This document shows, piece by piece, positions 39,902 through 48,661 of a DNA stretch of 64,000 nucleotides (the stretch's first letter is position 1; each line of letters begins with the position of its first letter). Source of the DNA: Patescibacteria group bacterium (GTDB lineage: Bacteria > Patescibacteriota > Patescibacteriia > PEXW01); contig JBAZBR010000001.1 of assembly GCA_041671325.1 (NCBI GenBank), forward strand, positions 89,771 to 153,770, in the 5' to 3' direction. The position numbers and the translations under genes are program-made. Below the pieces are notes generated by a model, which worked only from the letters and a program-made list of their open reading frames with translations, was not told the origin of the DNA and ran no database searches.

Positions 39902-41442
39902 CATTAGAACCTGTTATTGGATTGGAGATCCACATTCAACTCAAAACTAAGAGTAAGATGTTTTGTGCCTGCGCTAACGTGGATACCGAAGTTGCGCCAA
40001 ATACCGCGGTTTGCCCGATATGCCTGGGGCATCCGGGAGTTTTGCCTTCACCCAATGCCCAGGCTTTTAAATTTGCAGTTGAGTTCGCCCAAAGCTTGAA
40101 TTTTGAAATTCCGGCTTTGACCAAATTTGACCGCAAGCATTATGCTTATCCAGACTTGCCAAAAGGTTACCAAATTTCCCAGGCAGATTTGCCTTTGGGC
40201 AAGAACGGCCATGTGCTTTTTGAAATTGACGGGCAAACCCAAAGAGTCCAGTTTGAAAGAATCCATTTGGAGGAAGATTCAGCCAAAAACGTGAAAGCGC
40301 CTGATGGCCGGATTTTGGTTGATTATAACCGCGCTGGCACCCCGCTCTTGGAATTGGTAACCACCCCAAGTATCCATTCGCCAAAAGAGGCAAAATTATT
40401 CCTGGAGGAACTGCATAAAATCGCCAGGCATTTGAAAGTTTCCAAAGCCGATATGGAGCAAGGGCATTTACGTTGCGACGCTAATATTTCTTTAAGGCCT
40501 ATTCCCGAAGAAACCTTGACGGCGCCAATTCAGCCCAACGAACATGGCTTTTTTCCCAAAACCGAGATAAAAAATTTAAATTCTTTCCGAAACGTAGAAA
40601 GAGCCCTGAACTACGAAATAAAAAGGCAGACTGAGTTATGGAATGAGGGCAAGCCTCCGGAAAAACAGTCCACTAGGGGTTGGGACGAAAGAAGAGGCAT
40701 GACAGTCGAACATCGAGGTAAAGAGACCAGTGCTGATTACCGTTATTTTGCCGAGCCAGACATCCCGACTATCGAATTAGCCGATGAATATCTTTTACAA
40801 AATACCAGCGATTTAGTGGAATTGCCCAGGGATAAAACTAAGCGCTTCCAGGCGCAATACAATTTATCAGCGGCTGAAGCTAAACAATTGGCCCATGACT
40901 TGCACGTTGCGAATTGGTTTGAAGCGGTAGTATCTGAACTTCAGAAATGGATTACAGCCAGGCAAGGCGCTATGCCGGATATGCCAGAAGAGGAGTGGAC
41001 TAAAATTAACCAAAAAATAATAAGAAAAGCAGCTGGTTGGGTAACGACCAAATTATTTGGTATTTTAGCCGAACAGCAAATTGCTTTTCAAGATTTGAAA
41101 GTCAGCCCCGAAGATTTCGCAGAATTTTTAACTTTATTAAATGAACATCAGCTGAATAATACTACTGCGTTGGTACTGCTTCAGCAGATGGTCAAGACCG
41201 GTTGGGATCCGCATCGAATCATGTCGGAACAAGATTTAAAACAAATAACCGACCCCCGAAATATTATCGGGATTGTTGATCGGGTTTTAACGGAGAATCT
41301 GGAAATCGTTGAAGATGTTAAAAACGGCAAAGTCACCAAAGTACAGTATTTAATCGGCCAGGTCATGAAGTTAAGCAAAGGCAAGGCTGACCCGGATATA
41401 GTCAGGGATCTCCTGGGCAATAAACTGAAAATAGATATTTAA
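39898..41442 (+). CDS. gatB: Aspartyl/glutamyl-tRNA(Asn/Gln) amidotransferase subunit B
   Basis: N-terminus PVIGLEIHIQL..K.KMFC and Cys motifs CPICLGHPG. C-terminal GatB/YqeY domain. Confidence 0.9.
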   Translation: MTLEPVIGLEIHIQLKTKSKMFCACANVDTEVAPNTAVCPICLGHPGVLPSPNAQAFKFAVEFAQSLNFEIPALTKFDRKHYAYPDLPKGYQISQADLPLGKNGHVLFEIDGQTQRVQFERIHLEEDSAKNVKAPDGRILVDYNRAGTPLLELVTTPSIHSPKEAKLFLEELHKIARHLKVSKADMEQGHLRCDANISLRPIPEETLTAPIQPNEHGFFPKTEIKNLNSFRNVERALNYEIKRQTELWNEGKPPEKQSTRGWDERRGMTVEHRGKETSADYRYFAEPDIPTIELADEYLLQNTSDLVELPRDKTKRFQAQYNLSAAEAKQLAHDLHVANWFEAVVSELQKWITARQGAMPDMPEEEWTKINQKIIRKAAGWVTTKLFGILAEQQIAFQDLKVSPEDFAEFLTLLNEHQLNNTTALVLLQQMVKTGWDPHRIMSEQDLKQITDPRNIIGIVDRVLTENLEIVEDVKNGKVTKVQYLIGQVMKLSKGKADPDIVRDLLGNKLKIDI

Positions 41443-42332
41443 CCTAGGAATTCTTTAATTAATTTATTTGCTTGGGCCACATTTGTCACCCAATGGATTT
41501 TCTTATTCCTTTTAAACCAAGTGATTTGCCTTTTGGCGTATTGGCAGATTGCCCGATAGAGTTGCTGTTCCATTTCTTCACGGCTGATTTTATTTTGGAT
41601 AAAAAGTGTCAAATAGCGGTACTCTAAACCTAGTTCGATAAGCCGTTTAGCTGGGACCCCCGCTTGCAAGAGCTTTCTGACTTCTGCCAACATTCCCTGT
41701 TTAAGCCTTTTTTGCAGACGGATTTTGATTTTGTTTTTGAGGATTTTTAGGCCTGGGTTCATTCCCAGCCAAAGCACTTGGTAGGCTGGTTGGTTTTTTA
41801 AGAGGGGAATGGGCTTTTTGGATTTTAAAATAATTTCCAAGGCCCGGACTAATCTGGCTGGATTATGCCGGTCGATATTTTTTGCCCGAAGCGGATCCAG
41901 TTTTTCTAGTTTTTTATAGAGAATTTCATTTGGCAGTTTGCTAAGCTTTTTCCGTAAAATCAAGTCTGGTTTGACTGCAGGCAGCTGCATGCCTGAAAGT
42001 AAAGCGTCAACCCAAAATCCGGTCCCGCCAACAATAATTGGAATTTTTTTTCTTTTGGCTACATCGCCGACGGCAATTTTTGAACTTTTAATAAAATCCG
42101 CAACTGAAAATATTTTTTTTACCCCGATCACATCCAAAAGATGGTGGGGAATTTTTTTTCTTTCCAATTTTGAGATTTTACCGCTGCCCAAGTCCAAACT
42201 TCTATAAACTTGCCTGGAATCAGCTGAAACAATCTCCCCATTATAATTTGCAGCAATTTTTAAGCTTAAAGCTGATTTCCCGCTGGCATTTGGCCCAACT
42301 AAAGCAATTATTTGAATTTTTTTCCTTGGCAT
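41439..42332 (-). CDS. miaA: tRNA dimethylallyltransferase
   Basis: P-loop GPNASGKS. DSRQVYR motif. IPHHLLD motif. Confidence 0.85.
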   Translation of the reverse strand: MPRKKIQIIALVGPNASGKSALSLKIAANYNGEIVSADSRQVYRSLDLGSGKISKLERKKIPHHLLDVIGVKKIFSVADFIKSSKIAVGDVAKRKKIPIIVGGTGFWVDALLSGMQLPAVKPDLILRKKLSKLPNEILYKKLEKLDPLRAKNIDRHNPARLVRALEIILKSKKPIPLLKNQPAYQVLWLGMNPGLKILKNKIKIRLQKRLKQGMLAEVRKLLQAGVPAKRLIELGLEYRYLTLFIQNKISREEMEQQLYRAICQYAKRQITWFKRNKKIHWVTNVAQANKLIKEFLG

Positions 42333-42536
42333 ATGTTTATTTCATAACGATTTGCATTTTTAGTCAAACCGTGGTACAATATAGATAAATAAAATAAAAT
42401 ATGATGAAATTATGGAGGTAAAGCCGCAGAAAGAAATAATCAGCCACTTTATAGGCTTATTTATCAAGGAGGTCATCCATCCGGGCTTATGGCTCGCTTT
42501 TTTATTAATTATTTAACAAATTATTAACCAAATCTT

Positions 42537-45500
42537 ATGCCAAGACCAAAAATTATTCCAAATCCAAAAAAAGTCCTGACTAAAACTAAGGTTTATACCC
42601 ACACCTCGGTCAAGCTCTCGATTTTATTAATGATTGCTGCGGCAACTGTCGGTACTGGCATAATCAGCGCAGGCTTGATACTAGCTGCTTTACCAACCAA
42701 GGTAAAACAATCAGCGCCAATACTCGCAGCGCCAGTTTCAATTAACAAAAGCCAGGATAATGTAGTGCTGATTAAATTTAAACCAAACCTGAACCAAACC
42801 AAAAGATTAAAAGCAGTAACTACGGCTTTGAAAAAGCCAGTTAAATGTTTGATCAGAACTAGCAGTGTGGCAAGCAAGTGGCCGAAAAAGAGCATCAAGA
42901 CCGTCAACTATTATGATGCTTGTTCGCTTAAGATTCAAAGTTTAATGCCGGTAGTTTCGGTTTCGGATAATGTTAATTCCGGTTTTTCAGAAAGGGCAGC
43001 TCGTTCGGATGCAAAATTAGCAGCTCAAGCCAAAGCAGATTTGTCAAGATGGTATGTTTTGACGGTTAAAGGTACGCCAGACTTGAATTCTTTGGTCAAG
43101 ATTTTTTCAGGTGTTGAAGGCATTGAAGTAGCGGCAAAAAATCCCCAACTTTCCGCTGCCGGGGTTATTACTAATTCTGCGGCTGCCACGGCTTATAGTT
43201 TAATTAACGCCCAAGCCGCGCAAGATAATGTATACGGTGTTGAGGGTGATGCCAATGGCGATGGTCAGGCAACTTGGCTTGATATAGTATATTTAAAAGA
43301 TTATTTATTTGGCAGTGGTCCGGCCCCAAAACATATTTATTTGGTTGATTTTAATAAAAATGGCATAGTTGATGTCGGTGATTTGATTATTTTGGCCAGG
43401 AACTTGGATACGACAAACCCGACGCCAAAAGACCTGAATAAAGACGGGTTGGTAAATTATGATGATGTTAATTATCTTATTAATTATATTTTTAACGGTG
43501 GCCCCGCGCCCAGTCCGCTATCAAATGCAGATTTGAATGCTGATGGTTCCGTGAATATCGGTGATGCGGTTATGTTTGTCAGATATTTGCAGGAAAATTC
43601 CATCCAGCTATCTTGCTTGACTGGGGACGCAAATGGCGACGGTTCAGTGAATGTCCTGGATGCTTATTATATCAGTGATTATATTTTCAAAAATGGCCCC
43701 GCGCCTTCGCCTTTACTTTGCGGTGATGTTAACGGCGACGGTAAAGTGACAATTGGTGATGCGGTCGCGTTGGTTCACTTGCAAAGAAACTCATCCCTAA
43801 CTAACTCTCCTGAAGTGAAAGCGGCAGTTTTTGTAAACCCATTAAGTCCTTCAACGAACGTAATTCAAAATAATACAGTACCTGAATTTTTAGTGGGTGA
43901 TGTTAACGGCGACGCCAAGATTAACAGCGATGACGTTACTTATTTATTGGATTATATTTTCAGTAATGGCCCCGCGCCCAGCCCATTAGCCAGAGCTGAT
44001 GTCAATAATGATGGCAAGGTCAATGTTGGCGACGCAATAGCCTTAGTCCAGCAAGTTGCTGAAGCCGTCGCCGCCAAAGCTGCGGTTGCGGACTTGAATA
44101 ATGATGGCAAGGTAAATAATGCAGACGCGCAATTTATTGTCGATTATATTTTCAATAACGGTCCTGCGCCGGATTTGAATAAAGCCGACATCAATAATGA
44201 TGGCAAGGTCAATATTGGCGACGCGATTGCCTTAAGCTTGTATTTGACTGAAACCCAAACCCAGTTAACACAAGATTCTTTCCAGATGCCAGAAGGCGAC
44301 CAAAACTATATTATTGGCGATGTTAACGGTGATAACCAAGTCAACCTTGATGACGCGAATTTCCTGGTCAATTATTTGTTTAAGGACGGCCCCGCGCCAA
44401 GTCCCTTAGCTAGGGGCGATGTCAACCAAGACGGCCAGGTTAATATCGGCGACGCGATCACGATAGCTAGGATAGTCGAGCAAAACAATAATGATAATTC
44501 TTTAACGCTCGTGGGTGATGTCAGCGGCGACCAGAAAGTGGATTATCAGGATGTGGATGCGCTTTCCAAGGCTTTGGTTAAGGGTTATGCAAGCCCAGCC
44601 GGAGATATCAATCAAGATGGGCGGTCGGGCGATTTATTGGATTTGTATGCCATGGTGGAAATTTTGAAATTAGAAGCCAATAATCAAAATTCTTATGATT
44701 TTAATGGCGACGGTAAAGTCAATTTAAGCGATGTTGATTATTTGATTGCTTATATCCTTAAGAACGGTCCAGCTCCTGCAGATTTGGATGCGGCAGACGT
44801 AAATGGCGATGGCCTGGTGAATATCGGCGATTGTATCGCCCTGGTCAGAATGTTGACAAACGTCAATGCTTTGGATTTTATTAGGGGCGATGTCGATAAA
44901 GACGGTTTGGTCACTCAAAGCGATATAGACTTTTTAATTGCCTATCTCTTTAAGAACGGCCCGGCGCCAGAACCAATTGGCCGTGGCGACGTCAATGCTG
45001 ATGGTTTAGTCAATATTGGCGACGCTATCGCTCTAGTCTTAAAACTTTATCCTCGAGAGACGGATTCTTCACCGGACATTTTGGTGAAAGTTGCGGTATT
45101 GGATACTGGCTATAATAATACAGTTGGCAAAGTGAGCGCCAGCGCCTTAATGAATTATAATGTTAAAAATTATTATGGTTGGAATGCGCTAACTGGCGGC
45201 TCAACGAAAGATTTGAATGGTCACGGAACTAATGTTGTTAAATTAATCCAGTATATTGCGCCCAAAGCGAAAATTTTGCCGGTTTCAATTTTGAATTCGC
45301 AAGGCATCGGGACTTGCCTTTCAGCCACCCAAGGCCTTGGTTATGCGGTAAAACAGGGTGTGGATATTATCAATATAAGTGCCAGCGGTTTGGGTAATTG
45401 CGAACTATTTAATACCGCTGTAAAATGGGCCGAAGGCAATGGCGCGCTTGTAGTTGTTGCGGCGGGTAATGATTCTTCGGTTGTAAAAGGATGGCAAAGC

Positions 45501-45758
45501 AGATCCGAAGCTTTAATAGTTGGCGCGACTAATAAAGGCATCCGCACCAAATATACAAATGCTGCAAATATTTATGCCCCTGAATTACCCGACAACAAAG
45601 GCACATCCTTAAGCGCTGCTTTAGTTTCTGGCTCGCTTGGATTATATTTAGCCAAGCCGACAAATCTTACTGTGGATCAGATTCAAATTCAGACTCTTAA
45701 AACGGCAACAAAACTTAAAGGTTTACCCATAATTAATGCCGGGGAATTAACTAAATAA
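42537..45758 (+). CDS. Secreted/anchored protein with nine tandem dockerin-like (paired Ca-binding D-x-N-x-D-G loop) modules and C-terminal subtilisin-like S8 serine peptidase
   Basis: N-terminal TM/signal anchor. Nine repeats of D(V/L)NGDGxVNxxD...YIFxNGPAPSPL...DVNxDGKVNIGDAIALV. S8 triad regions VAVLDTGY, NGHGTNVV, GTSLSAALVSG. Confidence 0.8.
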   Translation: MPRPKIIPNPKKVLTKTKVYTHTSVKLSILLMIAAATVGTGIISAGLILAALPTKVKQSAPILAAPVSINKSQDNVVLIKFKPNLNQTKRLKAVTTALKKPVKCLIRTSSVASKWPKKSIKTVNYYDACSLKIQSLMPVVSVSDNVNSGFSERAARSDAKLAAQAKADLSRWYVLTVKGTPDLNSLVKIFSGVEGIEVAAKNPQLSAAGVITNSAAATAYSLINAQAAQDNVYGVEGDANGDGQATWLDIVYLKDYLFGSGPAPKHIYLVDFNKNGIVDVGDLIILARNLDTTNPTPKDLNKDGLVNYDDVNYLINYIFNGGPAPSPLSNADLNADGSVNIGDAVMFVRYLQENSIQLSCLTGDANGDGSVNVLDAYYISDYIFKNGPAPSPLLCGDVNGDGKVTIGDAVALVHLQRNSSLTNSPEVKAAVFVNPLSPSTNVIQNNTVPEFLVGDVNGDAKINSDDVTYLLDYIFSNGPAPSPLARADVNNDGKVNVGDAIALVQQVAEAVAAKAAVADLNNDGKVNNADAQFIVDYIFNNGPAPDLNKADINNDGKVNIGDAIALSLYLTETQTQLTQDSFQMPEGDQNYIIGDVNGDNQVNLDDANFLVNYLFKDGPAPSPLARGDVNQDGQVNIGDAITIARIVEQNNNDNSLTLVGDVSGDQKVDYQDVDALSKALVKGYASPAGDINQDGRSGDLLDLYAMVEILKLEANNQNSYDFNGDGKVNLSDVDYLIAYILKNGPAPADLDAADVNGDGLVNIGDCIALVRMLTNVNALDFIRGDVDKDGLVTQSDIDFLIAYLFKNGPAPEPIGRGDVNADGLVNIGDAIALVLKLYPRETDSSPDILVKVAVLDTGYNNTVGKVSASALMNYNVKNYYGWNALTGGSTKDLNGHGTNVVKLIQYIAPKAKILPVSILNSQGIGTCLSATQGLGYAVKQGVDIINISASGLGNCELFNTAVKWAEGNGALVVVAAGNDSSVVKGWQSRSEALIVGATNKGIRTKYTNAANIYAPELPDNKGTSLSAALVSGSLGLYLAKPTNLTVDQIQIQTLKTATKLKGLPIINAGELTK

Positions 45759-45761
45759 TTT

Positions 45762-45896
45762 ATGGACCAGATTACCCTTAAAAAAACCAAAACTTCAATC
45801 GGAACCAAAATTGGTGTTACAATTGCAGTTTTTACGGTGGTTACTTTGGGTGTAATCTTCGGTTATGCAATGTATATGGGCGGCTTTGGCAGGTAG
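45762..45896 (+). CDS. Putative 44-aa small membrane protein (below ORF-track cutoff)
   Basis: ATG lies 3 nt after the protease stop. Single TM helix (IGVTIAVFTVVTLGVIFGYAM). Confidence 0.3.
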   Translation: MDQITLKKTKTSIGTKIGVTIAVFTVVTLGVIFGYAMYMGGFGR

Positions 45897-45956
45897 TGGG
45901 TAATTTGATTGAAATTGAAAAACGCTCCGCTTGGCGGGGCGTTTTTGGTAAGAAGT

Positions 45957-46274
45957 TCATTGGCCGCAAATTTTTTGCATTTCCCGATAATACTCCAGAT
46001 CATCAGGATTACCCCTCAGCATTTGAATTTGCAGATAGGCATCATGGTTTGGACAGGTTCCAGAATCATCTGAAGTCAGATAGCAAACCGGACAGTAAAA
46101 GATTTTACCCCTTTGGTTTGCCGGTTTCTTTTCGGGTAAGTATCGAATACCAACCTGCCGGTTTTTTTGTTTTTGTTGTAAAAAAAACATCCAGAAGATA
46201 AAGACAATAATTAGCAAAAAAGTTGCAGCCAGAACATAGGGGGAAACGACAGCAGTCCAGGCATAGATTTGCAT
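45957..46274 (-). CDS. Hypothetical membrane protein with C-terminal CxxC...C/H cluster
   Basis: GGAGGAACC-ATG RBS. N-terminal TM. C-terminal YCPVCY...CPNH. Preferred over the overlapping plus-strand ORF 45896..46201. Confidence 0.55.
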   Translation of the reverse strand: MQIYAWTAVVSPYVLAATFLLIIVFIFWMFFLQQKQKNRQVGIRYLPEKKPANQRGKIFYCPVCYLTSDDSGTCPNHDAYLQIQMLRGNPDDLEYYREMQKICGQ

Positions 46275-46389
46275 GGTTCCTCCGAGGTTTTACATGAGCT
46301 ATTTTAAATTATAAGCACTTTAGCATTGTATTTTTTTCAAGTCAATTGTATAATAATATCGCATAAAATTTATTCAAAAAACTATTGGT

Positions 46390-46914
46390 ATGCTACTCCG
46401 AATCCCTTTTTATTATCAAATAAACAAATACGCCTGCGGACCGGCGGTTTTGCAGATGCTTTTGGAATATTTTGGGATTTTTAGGACGCAAAGGACTTTA
46501 ATTAAACAGGCCAAAACCACTAAAAGTAACGGGACTAGCCGGAAGAATTTAGTCCTGGCTTATAAGAAGTTTGGCTTGAAAACTAAAGTCATTTTCCCCT
46601 CGGACTTGAATGACATCAAAACTTTTTTGAAAAAGAAAATCCCGGTCATTGTCAGTTATTTAGAGCTTGATGGCGATCAGGAGCATTACTCAATCGTCAT
46701 TGGCATGACAAAAAAAGAGTTGATTTTCCAGGATCCCTGGCTAGGCAGCAAATATCGTATTGATCAGAATAATTTTCTCCTGCGCTGGCACAATCAGGAT
46801 AGGCTGAAAAAATACAGGGGCTGGATGCTGGCTGTATATCAACCTAAAAAACCAGGCTTTTTGAAAAGATTGCCAGGCATTATTAGGAACCTGAAAACCC
46901 GAACAAAAGTTTAA
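46390..46914 (+). CDS. Standalone papain-like C39-family cysteine peptidase domain protein
   Basis: YYQINKYACGPAVLQMLLEYFG (Gln/Cys), HYSIVIG (His), QDPW (Asp) in C39 order. Confidence 0.65.
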   Translation: MLLRIPFYYQINKYACGPAVLQMLLEYFGIFRTQRTLIKQAKTTKSNGTSRKNLVLAYKKFGLKTKVIFPSDLNDIKTFLKKKIPVIVSYLELDGDQEHYSIVIGMTKKELIFQDPWLGSKYRIDQNNFLLRWHNQDRLKKYRGWMLAVYQPKKPGFLKRLPGIIRNLKTRTKV

Positions 46915-46921
46915 GCTTATA

Positions 46922-47040
46922 AGGGCTTGACCCCGCACCACTTTCCAAAATACATCCAAAATTAGTTTAAGATGTTTTTTGTGATAAATATCCATGTTTT
47001 TTTAAGCAATGTTTTAATGGAAAGTGGTGCGGGGTTGACA
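46922..47040. repeat. Palindromic element A: 17-22 bp stems (TTGACCCCGCACCACTTTCC / GGAAAGTGGTGCGGGGTTGACA) around about 66-nt AT-rich loop
   Basis: Inverted repeat seen directly. Its right arm supplies a TTGACA -35 hexamer. Confidence 0.7.
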
Positions 47041-47062
47041 AATTCTGTAGGTATGCTAACAT
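47035..47062 (+). promoter_or_regulatory. Putative promoter (TTGACA-N16-TAACAT) reading into the structured region
   Basis: TTGACA at 47035. TAACAT at 47057. Confidence 0.35.
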
Positions 47063-47593
47063 GATTCTTCGTGTACCTTTTCAATTTAGAAATGTGGAAA
47101 AAAGAAGCTGAAAACCCTGGGTTCCGCGCAATTTTTGATTGCGCCAACGATCTCGGGCATGCTTCTAGAGGCTACCCGCGATTAATGGCTCCCGTGGATA
47201 TGGGAGACGAAAAGCTGAACAGAAAAAAGGCGATTCGTTAAAATCCACTGGTTATGAATTAGCGCCCAATTTTCTTTCGACAGTTCAGTCGTAAAATCGG
47301 CTTCTGTCAGCTAGAAATCTAGCAGAGAGAAAAACTTGTTAAGCCTGGGCTATTGCGGAAAAGCCCATCCTAGGAAGGTTTAGCGAGGTTTGTAACCATA
47401 GGTTTCTTTTTCCATGTAGGGGGAGGCAGTGCGCCACACAAAAAAAGGCCGGCTGGATTTTCTCGATTATTGCCGGTCAAGGTCACGGTGCCCGTACATA
47501 CTGGCGGCTCACGCGTTGTTGGTTGAAGTTAAGCGCGTCATTGCGAAAGTCGCTTGGTACAGAAGCGCGCGCCTGTGGCCACAAGGAGAAATA

Positions 47594-47752
47594 ATGCATC
47601 GTAGGAATCAAGCGCCAAAGAGCAATTATCACAATCATCAGCTCACTGGTCGATCCCGCCGTGCATCAGCGCCCTGCCTCCCCATTTCTTTTCTTTGTCC
47701 TTTGTTATATCGAATGGACCGACTCGCAACCGGTCCTTTTTGTTTTTTATAA
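47594..47752 (+). CDS. Possible 52-aa Cys/Pro/Arg-rich small protein (AAGGAG RBS) embedded in the structured region
   Basis: AAGGAG, then aaata, then ATG. The ORF ends inside the terminator hairpin. Composition is atypical, so it could be a non-coding frame. Confidence 0.25.
   Translation: MHRRNQAPKSNYHNHQLTGRSRRASAPCLPISFLCPLLYRMDRLATGPFCFL
47717..47750 (+). terminator. Intrinsic terminator GGACCGACTCGCAACCGGTCC followed by TTTTTGTTTTTT
   Basis: Hairpin and T-tract seen directly. Confidence 0.7.
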
Positions 47753-47765
47753 AATATTTAGATGG

Positions 47766-47885
47766 AGGGTTGACCCCGCACCACTTTCTAAGCAAATACC
47801 AATCTTATTAATTAATATGTTATTTCGATAAATACCCTAATAATTCGAGAGTAGTTATTATTGAAAGTGGTGCGGGGTTGACAAT
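47766..47885. repeat. Palindromic element B (same stems as element A, different about 75-nt loop)
   Basis: TTGACCCCGCACCACTTTC ... GAAAGTGGTGCGGGGTTGACA. Its right arm gives a -35 for the 47963 gene. Confidence 0.7.
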
Positions 47886-47906
47886 AATTAAATCTGGTGC
47901 TATTTT
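47878..47906 (+). promoter_or_regulatory. Promoter TTGACA-N17-TATTTT for membrane protein gene 47963
   Basis: TTGACA at 47878. TATTTT at 47901. Confidence 0.5.
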
Positions 47907-47962
47907 TCTTAGCTGATCTTTGACAAACGTTAACTTAAAAAACCAAACCAAAAGGGGTAAAT

Positions 47963-48622
47963 GTGCAAACTCGGCTTGTAAGCAAGAAAAAGCTGATTGT
48001 GACTTTGCTGGTAATGGTATTGATTACAATCAGTTTAGCCGCTACCGTTTATGCCCTTGAACAATATAAACAGGGGCAATTCATAAACCGAATGCTAGGG
48101 ATGTTAGTATCCTCAGAATTGTCCGCGGCAGCTTTAAAGAAACTTGGCTATAAGATCTGGACAGTCGGCTTACTGATGCTAACGGCAAATGTTTTAAGTT
48201 TGATATTTGATTCGTGCTATGCCGTCTTCTTTCTTTGGTTTAAACCCATAAGAACGTTCCTAGGGTTTATAAGTCAAATTTTCAGGGAATTCGCCATATT
48301 TTTGAAGGTTTATTGGAAAAGGTTTTGCGTAATCTGGAAAAGGAAAGTTGGTAGGATTAATTTCCAAATTCCTGGCTCACATCATGTAGTCAACCTCGCT
48401 AACCACGTTGATGATCTTCGAAAGAATCCCTCAAAAATTGGCCTGGTAACAATCTTTATGTTGGGATTGGTGCCCAAGATTCCTATCCCATATTTCCCTG
48501 GATTTATGGTTTTTGCAGTCCTTGCCATTCGCTACAATAAATTGGGTTGGCGAGGCTGGGCGGCTTTAATAGCTGGCATGCTTTTACGCATAGCTTTGGT
48601 GCTGTTCGCTCTTTATTTCTAA
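47963..48622 (+). CDS. Hypothetical integral membrane protein
   Basis: 219 aa with about 5 TM helices. RBS AAAAGGGG upstream of GTG/ATG. Confidence 0.55.
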   Translation: MQTRLVSKKKLIVTLLVMVLITISLAATVYALEQYKQGQFINRMLGMLVSSELSAAALKKLGYKIWTVGLLMLTANVLSLIFDSCYAVFFLWFKPIRTFLGFISQIFREFAIFLKVYWKRFCVIWKRKVGRINFQIPGSHHVVNLANHVDDLRKNPSKIGLVTIFMLGLVPKIPIPYFPGFMVFAVLAIRYNKLGWRGWAALIAGMLLRIALVLFALYF

Positions 48623-48661
48623 AACGGGTAACCTTTGAGAAGGCGCCCGTTTTGTTTTTTC

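Larger units (their letters stand above)
47041..47765 (+). ncRNA. Candidate structured RNA / long leader (relatively GC-rich, multiple hairpins, 15-bp long-range helix 47421-47435 with 47669-47683) ending in intrinsic terminator
   Basis: Hairpins GCGCAATttttgATTGCGC, CTCCCgtggatatGGGAG, GGGCTattgcggaaaAGCCC, CCGGC..GCCGG, ACAGaagcgcgcgcCTGT. No large plausible ORF. Confidence 0.4.

Noticed and set aside
42537-45758. Nine-repeat region interpreted as RTX/haemolysin-type Ca repeats
   Set aside because: The repeat is a 45-50-aa unit with two D-x-N-x-D-G loops and helices (dockerin-like), not the GGxGxDxUx nonapeptide of RTX.
45896-46201. 101-aa plus-strand ORF overlapping the minus-strand 45957..46274 ORF
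   Set aside because: The minus-strand ORF has a strong GGAGG RBS, a TM helix and a CxxC cluster. The plus-strand frame has no RBS and an implausible composition.
47429-47752. 107-aa ORF in the ORF track spanning the GC-rich structured region
   Set aside because: The N-terminal two-thirds has no RBS and a random-looking Arg/Cys/His composition, and it overlaps obvious RNA hairpins. Only the C-terminal 52 codons follow a good SD, and those are kept as a low-confidence sORF.
47041-47765. RNase P RNA, tmRNA or SRP RNA identity for the structured region
   Set aside because: There is no GGAAAGUCCGG / ACAGAANCCGGCUUA P4 pair. There is no tRNA-like 3' end with a GGUUCGA T-loop and CCA. There is no tag-peptide frame ending in ALAA. 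There is no SRP domain IV motif. Only weak partial resemblances were found.
46922-47885. Integron attC-like sites flanking a cassette
   Set aside because: The palindromes lack the R''/L''/L'/R' core sequences (RYYYAAC / GTTRRRY). No integrase is present and the cargo has no substantial ORF.
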